The position numbers and the translations under genes were made by a program. Below are positions 28,241 through 52,905 of a DNA stretch of 64,000 nt, in pieces. The stretch lies in the NCBI RefSeq assembly GCF_009914755.1, contig NC_060938.1; one strand, given 5' to 3'. The DNA is from the human T2T-CHM13v2.0 reference genome, Homo sapiens. The notes under the pieces are model-generated. The model worked only from the letters and a program-made list of their open reading frames with translations, had not been told where the DNA came from and did no database searches. Numbering within the stretch: the first letter of the stretch is position 1; each line of letters starts with the position of its first letter.

Positions 28241-29284
28241 CCAGCTACCTAGGTATCCCTTAATCCAGTCAAGTTGACATGTAAAATTAACCATCATATA
28301 CATCATGCTTACTTAATGGGAAACAAATATTGGACTAGCCCTCCAAAAACTGATTGATAAGAGCAACTCTTCCACTACAAGGGTATATAAGTCCCACAAT
28401 ATCCTAAGGCAGCAAACTGTGGGCATAGCTACAATCAAGAGGGTTTACTTAGTATGCAAGACTATCTGTATTTCACTAGGAAAGAAGTAAATTTATACTG
28501 GCAATCTACAGGCAAAACATGATTTTTGATATAAAGCCAGGTGATGATGTTACACAATTAAGTCACATGTGTGTACAAGCACATATGCACCATTCACAGA
28601 AGAGAATTAAAGAGGGGTTCCAACGTATCCCAAATCAGCATAACCATTATATCCTCCACCCCTGCCCCCAGTTCCTTTTCTTCTGATGTTGTATAATACA
28701 AACACATCCAGGAATCATCTCTCTTTTGGGGAAGGGATGACAGCTTTACGCAATATTCATGTTTTCAATAATATCCCATGCAGAGCACACTGGAGGTTTC
28801 TTTTATAACTTTCCTAATCATCTTCCACCCAATACAATTAGCATTATCTAAATTAGTTATCAGTTTACCAAATTTTCTCCTCCTTTAAAAGAAAAGTCAT
28901 ATTGCAAAATTATAGGTATAGCCATAGACAGAACCAATATTGTATGCTTGCAGACATTTGAAGAGAGATAATGTTCTTAATCCTAATTAGAATTCTTTCC
29001 CTTTCCTATATGAACTTCTCAGAATCAGGGGTGACCTTATTTTCATTTGGATAGAGGCACGGTAAAGCAACTGACTTTCATTTGTTTTGCAATACATCAC
29101 CTTCTATACAAATGTGTTTATTTAAGCTCTAGGTCTTTTACTATCTTTATGCATTACTTCATCTCTGAAAAAGATTCATTTGAAATAGATTGCATTCTAT
29201 TTCCCTTATTCTGCGACATGACCATTAGTACAGTTTAACCATTCATTGCTTAAGCCATGAGTTCAAGCTCAGCGTTATAGTGTT

Positions 29285-29735
29285 TGTATCAGAGGATCCC
29301 ACAAAGACTAAAAAAATTGCTGGTTGTCCACAAAATTTTGTTCTCCCATTCTACAGTACTGGAGTTTAAACCAAGCACACAGGCGCCCAGCTAAAGACTA
29401 TATTGTCAGCCTCCCTTGCATGCGGGTGTGGCTATGTGACTAAATTCAGGCCAATAAGAGGTGTGCAACTCCTGAGACCTCCAACTTTAAAGACAAGCCA
29501 CTTGCCCCAGTATGCCTCTCCCATTCCTATAAGCTGGAACATGGTCGTAACCACAAGCCAGCTTTGATTGTGCAAACAAAGACCCTAAAGGATGGCAGAA
29601 CAACGGTATGGGTTCCTGAATGACCTTATGGAATAGAAACTATCTTACCACTGGGGAGTGCTCTCTCCAGAACACTCTTTTTTAAGCTGCTGTATTTAAG
29701 ACTTCTTTGTTCAAGCAGCTTAACTTTTACCCAAT
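29285..29735 (+). mobile_element. MLT1I/J-like MaLR LTR
   Basis: cagcctcccttgca...gtgtggctatgtgactaaattcaggccaat motif. Confidence 0.65.
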
Positions 29736-31087
29736 CAGTTGTTAGATGGGCTGAACTCTTCAAAGATGTCAGAAAAGACGAGATTAGATCAAAGTATAAC
29801 CAGTTTCAAGCTGGAATATAATTTTTTCTTAATTTTTCTGTTTGCATAAGCAAAACATAGACTTATCCAGAATATTTTCCTCCCTAACCTTGATGAGATC
29901 TAATTTACACTTTTTACTCTCAACCTTCCAACACCTTGTCTTTTTTCAAACAAACAAACATACAAACAAATGAGAAATTTGGATCTTGGTTGTTGTTTTT
30001 CTCAATTTTCCAGTGGGTGCATCTGGATATCCATCTGTTTCATTGCTACAGTGAAAGTAGTGTCTGTTGTTGTAATTATGAGTTGATTCAAAACAAAAAA
30101 AAGTCTTCTCCAAAGGAAGTTGAGTCCTGAAAACACTGTGATATATAAACATGCATGAGATTTGTTTGTATTTCTTCTAGAAAGTATTCTGCATCTTACG
30201 AATACTAGAAAGAGTTTACAACCTGACATTTTCGGTGATAACAAGACATTTTAAAATTAACAGAACAAACCAGAATGAATGTTTTCTCATGCCCAGAGTT
30301 TGTAGCAATGGATACAACTTTATTTTTCTAAATACTCAAATGATTTGCTATAAATAGGCTTTAAATTGTCTCTCTTTCAGATTTGGGGTCAGGAAAGTGC
30401 ATAGGTACAAAAACACACAAAAATGGATCTTTGTAATAGAAATATACAAGACACACACAGAGGACTCGTATATGCTACTGATCTTTAGTGTCTCCATTCA
30501 TGAGATCCAGCCTCAGGGTCTTGCAACTGGATATTTTAAAAAGCAGAAATTCCATCACTGTGGCAAGCAAATCTAGAATCTAACCCCAGACATGAGATCT
30601 TGGCTTTAAAGCTTACTATTTACCTTTTCTATGGCTCCCAGTTTCAAGGGTATAGCAGCTGAAAGAGTTGGGAGATACTGCTCCAAATACATGGTCCAAG
30701 AAGTTCCTCAAAAGATGGCTTCATGACTTTGAATCTTTTCTTTCTAATTTTTATTTAGAAAATTTTTTAGAACACAACTCTGAAATGAATCAAAGTAAGT
30801 TTGTTGTATTGAACAAAGGTCACATTTTACAAATGAATTTTTTTTTTCTCAGATGAGGACTAAAGCTAGATTGAGGAAGAACCAACGTTAGTGTCAACGT
30901 TCTTGCACAAACTTTCTCTGCATGTGTTTTTAGTTCTTTGCTAGATGTGTTTCAAGTTAATAATAAGGCCTTGGGTCAGCAGCAGCATCCAAATGTTTTC
31001 AATGATTGAAACATAACTGAAAATTTGCTTAGAGATTCAAATTGTTCTTTAGGCTTCTAGGTTTTGAGCGACTTGGCAAAAATTTGC

Positions 31088-31734
31088 AAAAGGAAACACT
31101 TATACACTGTTGGTGGGAGTATAAATTGGTTCAACTATTGCAGAAAGCAGTAGCAATTCCTCACAGAGCTAAAAACAGAACTACCATTCGACCCAGCAAT
31201 CCCATTACTGGGCATGTACCTAAAGGAATATAAATCATTCTATCATAAAAATATATGCACGTGTATGTTAATTGCAGCACTATTTACAATAGCAGAAACA
31301 TGGAATCAACCTAAATGCCCATTAATGGCAGATTGGATAAATAAAATGCAGTACATATACACCATGGAATACTACGCAGCCATAAAAAAGAGTGAGATCA
31401 TGTCCTTGGCAGGAACATGGATGGAGCTGGAGGCCATTATCCTTAGCAAACTAACGCAGGAACAAAAAACCAAATGCTGCCTGTTTTCACTTACAAGTGG
31501 GAGCTAAATGATGAGAACACATGGACACAAGGAGGGGAACAACAGACACTAAGGTCTGCTTGAGTATGGAGGGTGGGAAGAGGAAGAGGATTAGAAAAAT
31601 AACTATTGGGTACTGGGCTTAGTACCTGGGTGATGAAATAATCTGTACAACAAACTCCTGTGACATGAGTTTACCTGTATAACAAATCTGCACATGTACT
31701 CCTGAACCTAACATAAAAGTTAAAAAATAAAAAA
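31088..31734 (+). mobile_element. 5'-truncated old L1PA (about PA16) 3' end
   Basis: ORF2 C-terminal translation ([17 protein letters not shown]...), 3'UTR, A-tail. Confidence 0.9.
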
Positions 31735-33113
31735 GTTTACCAGTGACCACTTGATTTTACAACAGGAAATTGTGCTGACAGGAAATCTGAGGGCATAATA
31801 GTATAAATAGTAAAGTATTGAAAGAAATCAATAGTAATAAAAGTCCTAACTTTAACAGAATGAAGGGGGAAGTTTGCTAATCTTGCTGTTTAAAAAAAAA
31901 TCTCTTTAAGGATAATTTAGAAGGTGAAATGGAATGAACTGGCCTTTTTAGAAGAATAACATAGTATTGTGTTATCCTCACAGACACTCTTGCTTAATAT
32001 GTCATCAAATAGAGGAGAAATTGTAAAACATTTATGAATGAGAAAACTTGTATATGAAATTGCCCTCTGTCTACACCATCTGGCTTTAAAAACCACAATA
32101 TAGAAAGTTTTGTGAGGTGGCTGGCAAGGTTCACAACTCCTCACCAGCAAGGGAACAAAACTGGATGGAGAATGAGTTTGATGAATTGACAGAAGTAGGC
32201 TTCAGAAGGTAGATAATAACAAACTCCTCCGAGCTAAAGGAGCATCTTCTAACCCAATGCAAGGAAGTTAAGATTCTTGATAAAAGGTTAGAGGAATTGC
32301 TAACTAGAATAACCAGTTTAGAGAAGAACATAAATGACCTGATGAAGCCGAAAAACACAGCACAAGAACTTCGTGATACACAAGTATCAATAGCCAAATC
32401 GATCAAGTGGAAGAAAGGATATCAGAAATTGAAGATCAACTTAATGAAACAAAGCATGAAGACAAGATTAAAGAAAAATGAATGAAAAGGAATGAACAAA
32501 GCCTCCAAGAAATATGGGATTATGTGAAAAGACCAAACCTATGTTGGATTAGTATGCCTGAAAGTGACAGGGAGAATGCAACCAAATTGGAAAACACACT
32601 TCAGGATATTATCCAGGAGAAGTTCTCCAACCAAGCAAGGCAAACCAACATTCAAATTCAGGAAATACAGAGAACAACACAAAGATACTCCTTGAGAAAA
32701 GTAATCCCAACACACGTAATCGTCAGATTCACCAAGGCTGAAATAAGGGAAAAAATGTTAAGGGCAGCCAGAGAGAAAGGTCGGGTTACCCACAAAGGGA
32801 AGCCCATCAGACTAACAGTGGATCTCTCTGCAGAAACCCTACAAGCCAGAAGAGAGTGGGGGCAAATATTCAACATTCTTAAAGAAAAGAATTTTCTTTT
32901 TTTTTTATTATTATACTTTAAGTTCTAGGGTACATGTGCACAACGTGCAGGTTTGTTACATATGTATACATGTGCCATGTTGGTGTGCTGCTCCCATTAA
33001 CTCATCATTTACATCAGGTATATCTCCTAATGCTATCCCTCCCCCTTTCCCCCACCCCACAACAGGCCCTGGTGTGTGATGTTCCCCACCCTGCGTCCAA
33101 GTGTTCTCATTGT

Positions 33114-36942
<3,829 letters not shown>

Positions 36943-37006
36943 TATGATGTTAGTTGGTTATTTTGCTCGTTAGTTGATGCAGTTTCTTCCTAGCATCGAA
37001 TGGTCT

Positions 37007-38027
37007 TTACAATTTGGCATGTTTTTTCAGTGGCTGGTACTGGCTGTTCCTTTCCGTGTTTAGTGCTTCCTTCAGGAGCTATTGTAAGGTAGGCCTGGTT
37101 GTGACAAAATCTCTCAGCATTTGCTTGTCTGTAAAGGATTTTATTTCTCCTTCACTTATGAAGCTTAGTTTGGCTGGATATGAAATTCTGGGTTGAAAAT
37201 TCTTTTCTTTAAGAATGTTGAGTATTGGCCCCCACTCTCTTCTGGCTTGTAGAATTTCTTCCAAGAGATCCACTGTTAGTCTGATGGGCTTCCCTTTGTG
37301 GGTAACCCGACCTTTCTCTCTGGCTCCCCTTAACATTTTTTCCTTCATTTCAACTTTGGTGAATCTGACAATTATGTGTCTTGGAGTTGCTCTTCTCGAG
37401 GAGTATCTTTGTGGCATTCTCTGTATTTCCTGAATTTGAATGTTGGCCTGCCTTGCTAGGTTGGGGAAGTTCTCCTGGATAATATCCTGCAGAGTGTTTT
37501 CCAACTTGATTCCATTCTCCCCGTCACTTTCAGGTACACCAATCAGACGTAGATTTGGTCTTTTCACATAGTCCCATATTTCTTGGAGGCTTTGTTCATT
37601 TCTTTTTACTCTTTTTTCTCTAAACTTCTCACTTCATTTCATTCATTTGATCTTCAGTCACTGATACCCTTTCTTCCAGTTGATCGAATCGGCTACTGGA
37701 GCTTGTGCATGCATCATGTAGTTCTCGTGCCATGGTTTTCAGCTCCTTCAGGTCACTTAAGGTCTTCTCTATGCTGTTTATTCTAGGTAGCCATTGATCT
37801 AATCTTTTTTTCAAGGTTTTTAGCTTGTTTGCGATGGGTTTGAACATCCTCTTTAGCTTGGAGAAGTTTGTTATTACCGATCTTCTGAAGCTTTCTTCTC
37901 TCAACTTGTCAAAGTCATTCTCCATCCAGCTTTGTTCCATTGCTGGTGAGGAGCTGCATTCTTTTGGAGGAGAAGAGGCGCTCTGATTTTTAGAATTTTC
38001 AGCTTTTTTGCTCTGGTTTCTTCCCAT
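37007..38027 (-). pseudogene. ORF1: L1 ORF1 of the inner element, disrupted
   Basis: MGRNQSKKAENSK start; split into 132-aa and 162-aa pieces. Confidence 0.9.
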
Positions 38028-38602
38028 CTTTGTGGTTTTATCTACCTTTGGTCTTCCTTGATGGTGATGTACAGATGGGGTTTTGGTGTGGATGTCCTTT
38101 CTGTTTGTTAGTTTTCCTTCTACCAGTCAGGACCCTCAGCTTCAGGTCTGTTGGAGTTTGCTGGAGGTCCACTCCAGACCCTGTTTGCCTGGGTGTCACC
38201 AGCAGAGCCTGCAGAACCACAAATATTGCAGAGCAGCAAATGTTACTGCCTGATCATTCCTCTGGAAGCTTCGTCTCAGAGGTGCCCCCGGCTGTATGAG
38301 GTGTCAGTCGGCCCCTCCTGGGAAGTGCCTCCCAATTAGGCTACTTGGGGGTCAGGGACCCAGTTGAGGAGGCAGTCTGTCCATTCTCAGATCTCAAACT
38401 CCATACTGGGAGAATGACTACTCTCTTCAAACCTGTTAAACAGTGATGTTTAAGTCTGCAGAAGTTTCTGCTGCCTTTTGTTCAGCTATGCCCTGCCCCC
38501 AGAGGTGGAGTCTACAGAGGCAGGTAGGCCTCCTTGAGCTGTGGTGGGCTCCACCCACTTTGAGCTTCCCTGCCGCTTTGTTTACCTACTCAAGCCTCAG
38601 CA

Positions 38603-39309
38603 TTGGCAGATGCCCATCCCCTAGCCTCACTGCCCCCTTGCAGTTCGATCTCAGACTGCTGTGCTAGCAGTGAACAAGGCTCCATGGGCATGGGACCCTC
38701 TGGGCCAGGCATGGGATACAATCTGCTGGTGTGCTGTTTGCTAAGACCATTGGAAAAGCACAGTATTAGGGTGGGAGTGACCCAATTTTCCAGGTGCCGT
38801 CTATCACAGCTTCCCTTGGCTAGGAAAGGGAATTCCCCGATCCCTTGCACTTCCCGGGTGGGGTGGTGCCTCGCCTTGCTTCAGCTCATGGTCCGTGGGC
38901 TGCACCCACTGTCCTGCATCAACTGTCTGACAAGCCCCAGTGAAATGAGCCCAGTATCTCAGTTGGAAATGCAGAAATCACCCATCTTCTGTGTCACTCA
39001 TGCTGGGAGCTATAGACTGGAGCTGTTCCTATTTGGCCACCTTGGAACCTCCAAGAAAAGAATTTTCAATCCAGAATTTCATGTGCAGACAAGCTACATA
39101 AGTGAAGGAGAAATAAAATCCTTTACAGACAAGCAAATGATGAGAGATTTTGTCACCACCAGGCCTGCCTTACTAGAGCTCCTGAAGGAAGCACTAAAAA
39201 TGGAAAGGAAAAACTGGTACCAGACACTGCAAAAAGATACCAAATTGAAACACCGTCGACACGCTGAAGAAACTGCATCAAGTAACGGGCAAAATAACCA
39301 GTTAACATC

Positions 39310-39313
<4 letters not shown>
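38603..39313 (+). CDS. chimeric ORF: ORF0-like region of the inner L1 fused to the last ~50 aa of the outer ORF1p (hypothetical)
   Basis: 236-codon open frame; first codon TTG, in-frame ATGs at 38684/38690/38711; N-part ASLPPCSSISDCCAS (ORF0), C-part ISEGEIKSFTDKQMMRDFVTTRP (ORF1). Confidence 0.25.
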
Positions 39314-43149
<3,836 letters not shown>

Positions 43150-43881
43150 ACAATGAGAATACATGGACACAGGGAGCGGAACATCACACACCAGGGCCTG
43201 TTGGTGGGTGGTGGGCTAGGGGAGGGATACTATTAGGAGAAATACCTAATGTAGGTGACAGGTTGATGGGTGCAGCAAACCACCATGGCACATGTATACC
43301 TATGTAACAAACCTGCAGGTTCTGCACGTGTCCCAGAACTTAAAGTATAAAAAACAAAACAAAAAAAAGTTTTGTTTTAAAGACACTATATCTGCATGAT
43401 TTCATCTCTAAAAAGATTCTTTTACATTTTGGAGGGTAAGTTACTGAGGAGGCCCATGTATAATACACTAACTAAAACATACTTTTATACCAACCAACAA
43501 TCGTTGTCAGCACTTAGCAAACAATAACTCATAAAAAATCATCCTTGTCAGTACAATAAATGCATAAACTTTTCTTGTTTAGAATTAATTCTTTTTCCCT
43601 TACAGATTCCTTCAGGCTCCTCTAATCACCACACCACCCCCACATGCCCTCCAGAAAAAAAATTATAGTGCTAGGCCAATTACCATAAACTACTGGATAA
43701 CTAAAAAAATGTAAGTGTGGAAAGTGTAGTCTGTTACAGTAAGTTACTAAAGAAAATCAGTCCATTGGTATATAAAACATAGAGTGAAGAAAGGTTTCAA
43801 AAGTTATAATTTGTTATAAGGGAAACATATATAATTTACTTTTTATGAATGAATCATTTATATGAAACTAATCAGTGGTGA

Positions 43882-44212
<331 letters not shown>

Positions 44213-44553
44213 TAAGGTTTTAAAGTAAGTGTTTATAAATGGCTTCCCATTGGGATAATCTGAATATTTAATGTATTAATCATAGTCCAGGCCCTTTCAG
44301 ATATTAACGATAAGTTCCACTTAGATAGAGACAATTCCCTAACTGTTGATTTGGGGTGAGACAGCAATTCCTTTTTGTTTTGTAATGATTTGACTTTGAA
44401 CGAATATTTTTCAAAACACTTTTATAATACCTTAGTATGATGTTTCTCTATCTTTTTTACATTATCAGCCTTACAGAGAGCCTTTTTAGACCCTTTTTTT
44501 CTATTTACTTCACTCTAAGAAATTTTAACAACACAGATATATTGTATATTTGT

Positions 44554-45078
44554 TTATGTGTTGTATGTATATCTGTGCTTTCCACATAAAAAAGTATAAA
44601 ACTTACTTACTAAAAGAGTAAATATAGGAGGAGGAGCCAAGATGGCCGAATAGGAACAGCTCTGGTCTACAGCTCCCAGCGTGAGCGACGCAGAAGACGG
44701 GTGATTTCTGCATTTCCATCTGAGGTACCGGGTTTCTCTCACTAGGGAGTGCCAGACAGTGGGCGCAGGCCAGTGTGTGCGCGCACTGTGCGGGAGCCGA
44801 AGCAGGGCGAGGCACTGCCTCACTCGAGAAGCGCAAGGGGTCAGGGAGTTCCCTTTCTGAGTCAAAGAAAGGGGTGACGGACGGCACCTGGAAAATCGGG
44901 TCACTCCCACCCGAATACTGCGCTTTTCCGACGGGCTTGAAAAACGGCGCACCACGAGATTATATCCCACACCTGGCTCGGAGGGTCCTACGCCCACGGA
45001 GTCTCGCTGATTGCTAGCACAGCAGTCTGAGATCAAACTGCAAGGCGGCAGCGAGGCTCGGGGAGGGCCGCCCGCCAT
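44554..45078 (-). CDS. ORF0: L1 ORF0, extended to 174 aa by stop loss (hypothetical)
   Basis: ATG at 45078, MAGGPPRASLPPCSLISDCCASNQRD...; the usual TGA is GAA near 44735; reads past the L1 5' end. Confidence 0.4.
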   Translation of the reverse strand: MAGGPPRASLPPCSLISDCCASNQRDSVGVGPSEPGVGYNLVVRRFSSPSEKRSIRVGVTRFSRCRPSPLSLTQKGNSLTPCASRVRQCLALLRLPHSARTHWPAPTVWHSLVRETRYLRWKCRNHPSSASLTLGAVDQSCSYSAILAPPPIFTLLVSKFYTFLCGKHRYTYNT

Positions 45079-45533
45079 TGCCCAGGCTTGCTTAGGTAAA
45101 CAAAGCAGCTGGGAAGCTCGAACTGGGTGGAGCCCACCACAGCTCAAGGAGGCCTGCCTGCCTCTGTAGGCTCCACCTCTGGGGGCAGGGCACAGACAAA
45201 CAAAAAGACAGCAGTAACCTCTGCAGACTTAAATGTCCCTGTCTGACAGCTTTGAAGAGAGCAGTGGTTCTCCCAGCACGCAGCTGGAGATCTGAGAACG
45301 GGCAGACTGCCTCCTCAAGTGGGTCCCTGACCCCTGACCCCCGAGCAGCCTAACTGGGAGGCACCCCCCAGCAGGGGCACACTGACACCTCACATGGCAG
45401 GGTATTCCAACAGTCCTGCAGCTGAGGGTCCTGTCTGTTAGAAGGAAAACTAACAAACAGAAAGGACATCCACACCAAAAACCCATCTCTACATCACCAT
45501 CATCAAAGACCAAAAGTAGATAAAACCACAAAG
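44627..45533 (+). promoter_or_regulatory. L1 5'UTR: CpG-rich sense promoter (YY1 site) and antisense promoter
   Basis: CAAGATGGCC at 44638-44647; many retained CpGs; 129-bp ZNF93-binding segment absent. Confidence 0.8.
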
Positions 45534-46550
45534 ATGGGGAAAAAACAGAACAGAAAAACTGGAAACTCTAAAAAGCAGAGCACCTCTCCTCTTCCAAAGG
45601 AACGCAGTTCCTCACCAGCAACGGAACAAAGCTGGATGGAGAATGACTTTGACGAGCTGAGAGAAGAAGGCTTCAGACGATCAAATTACTCTGAGCTACG
45701 GGAGGACATTCAAACCAAAGGCAAAGAAGTTGAAAACTTCGAAAAAAATTTAGAAGAATGTATAACTAGAATAACCAGTACAGAGAAGTGCTTAAAGGAG
45801 CTGATGGAGCTGAAAACCGAGGCTCAAGAAATACGTGAAGAATGCAGAAGCCTCAGGAGCCGATGCGATCAACTGGAAGAAAGGGTATCAGCGATGGAAG
45901 ATGAAATGAATGAAATGAAGCGAGAAGGGAAGTTTAGAGAAAAAAGAATAAAAAGAAATGAGCAAAGCCTCCAAGAAATATGGGACTATGTGAAAAGACC
46001 AAATCTACGTCTGATTGGGGTACCTGAAAGCGATGGGGAGAATGGAACCAAGTTGGAAAACACTCTGCAGGATATTATCCAGGAGAACTTCCCCAATCTA
46101 GCAAGGCAGGCCAACGTTCAGATTCAGGAAATACAGAGAACGCCACAAAGATACTCCTCGAGAAGAGCAACTCCAAGACACATAATTGTCAGATTCACCA
46201 AAGTTGAAATGAAGGAAAAAATGTTAAGGGCAGCCAGAGAGAAAGGTCGGGTTACCCTCAAAGGGAAGCCCATCAGACTAACAGCGGATCTCTCGGCAGA
46301 AACCCTACAAGCCAGAAGAGAGTGGGGGCCAATATTCAACATTCTTAAAGAAAGGAATTTTCAACCCAGAATTTCATATCCAGCCAAACTAAGCTTCATA
46401 AGTGAAGGAGAAATAAAATACTTTACAGATAAGCAAATGCTGAGAGATTTTGTCACAACCAGGCTTGCCCTAAAAGAGCTGCTGAAGGAAGCACTAAACA
46501 TGGAAAGGAACAACTGGTACCAGCCGCTGCAAAATCATGTCAAAATGTAA
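45534..46550 (+). CDS. ORF1: L1 ORF1p, intact 338 aa (coiled coil-RRM-CTD)
   Basis: full-length uninterrupted ORF; REKG, ARR and YPAKLS motifs intact. Confidence 0.9.
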   Translation: MGKKQNRKTGNSKKQSTSPLPKERSSSPATEQSWMENDFDELREEGFRRSNYSELREDIQTKGKEVENFEKNLEECITRITSTEKCLKELMELKTEAQEIREECRSLRSRCDQLEERVSAMEDEMNEMKREGKFREKRIKRNEQSLQEIWDYVKRPNLRLIGVPESDGENGTKLENTLQDIIQENFPNLARQANVQIQEIQRTPQRYSSRRATPRHIIVRFTKVEMKEKMLRAAREKGRVTLKGKPIRLTADLSAETLQARREWGPIFNILKERNFQPRISYPAKLSFISEGEIKYFTDKQMLRDFVTTRLALKELLKEALNMERNNWYQPLQNHVKM

Positions 46551-46613
46551 AGACCATCCAGACTAGGAAGAAACTGCATCAACTAATGAGCAAAATAACC
46601 AGCTAACATCATA

Positions 46614-50421
<3,808 letters not shown>

Positions 50422-50918
50422 ACAATGAAATCACGTGGACACAGGAAGGGGAATATCACACTCTGGGGACTGTTGTGGGGTGGGGGGAGGGGGGAGGGAT
50501 AGCATTGGGAGATATACCTAATGCTAGGTGACGAGTTAGTGGGTGCAGCGCACCAGCATGGCACATGTATACATATGTAACTAAACTGCACAATGTGCAC
50601 ATGTATCCTAAAACTTTAATAAAAAAAATAATTAAAAAGAGTAAGTATAAAAAGAGTAAGTATAAAACTTACTATATGTATATGTATAACCTATATATGA
50701 ATGTTAGCAATTTATTAACATATAATAATAATAGCAATGCAATGCATTTTTAAAATTACTTAAAACTGATTTTTCTAGCAAAAATAAAGCGATTGAAAAA
50801 ATTAAATTAATTTTAAAAGTTGATTTAGTAAATTTAACTTCTACCTTTTACTTGATAGGAGGAAAAAAACATTTAAATTAACTAGTTTACAAAAGAAATT
50901 GATATACCCAAGAATGAA

Positions 50919-52440
<1,522 letters not shown>

Positions 52441-52444
52441 CATT

Positions 52445-52905
52445 GCTCAAAATTCTGTTTATCTAAGAAACTTTTGCCTACACTCAGGTTGCAAAATATT
52501 TTCCTATAATTCTTGAAATTTTTAGAAGTTCTAACTTTTACAATCAGGTTTACTCTTTATCTTGAATTGATTTTTGTGTATGGTGTGATGTAGAATCAAG
52601 GTTCTTATTTTTCCCCCATATGAATATCCAGTTATTTCAGCACCATTTGTTGAAAAGACTTTCTTTCTCCCATTGGACTGCTTTAGTGCCTTTATCAAAA
52701 ATCAAATGACCACAAATGTGAGGCTTTCTCTTCTGTTCCATTGCCTATTTATCTGTCCAAATGCCAAAACCATACTGTCTTGATCACTGTGGCTTTGTAA
52801 TAAGTCGTGAAAACAGATGACAAAGTCCTACAAATTTGTTCTTCCTTTTCAATATCTTATTAGATATTCTAGGGTTTTTACATTTTCACACAAATTTTAG
52901 AATCA
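52445..52905 (-). mobile_element. L1M (ancient L1) ORF2 fragment
   Basis: ttgaattgatttttgtgtatggtgtga...cagcaccatttgttgaaaagact. Confidence 0.8.

Larger units (their letters stand above)
26722..28298 (-). mobile_element. MLT2 (ERVL) solo LTR, split by a nested MST LTR and an L1
   Basis: ends ccagtcaagttgacatgtaaaattaaccatcata (reverse complement of the MLT2 5' end); host resumes after the CCAGC TSD. Confidence 0.8.
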
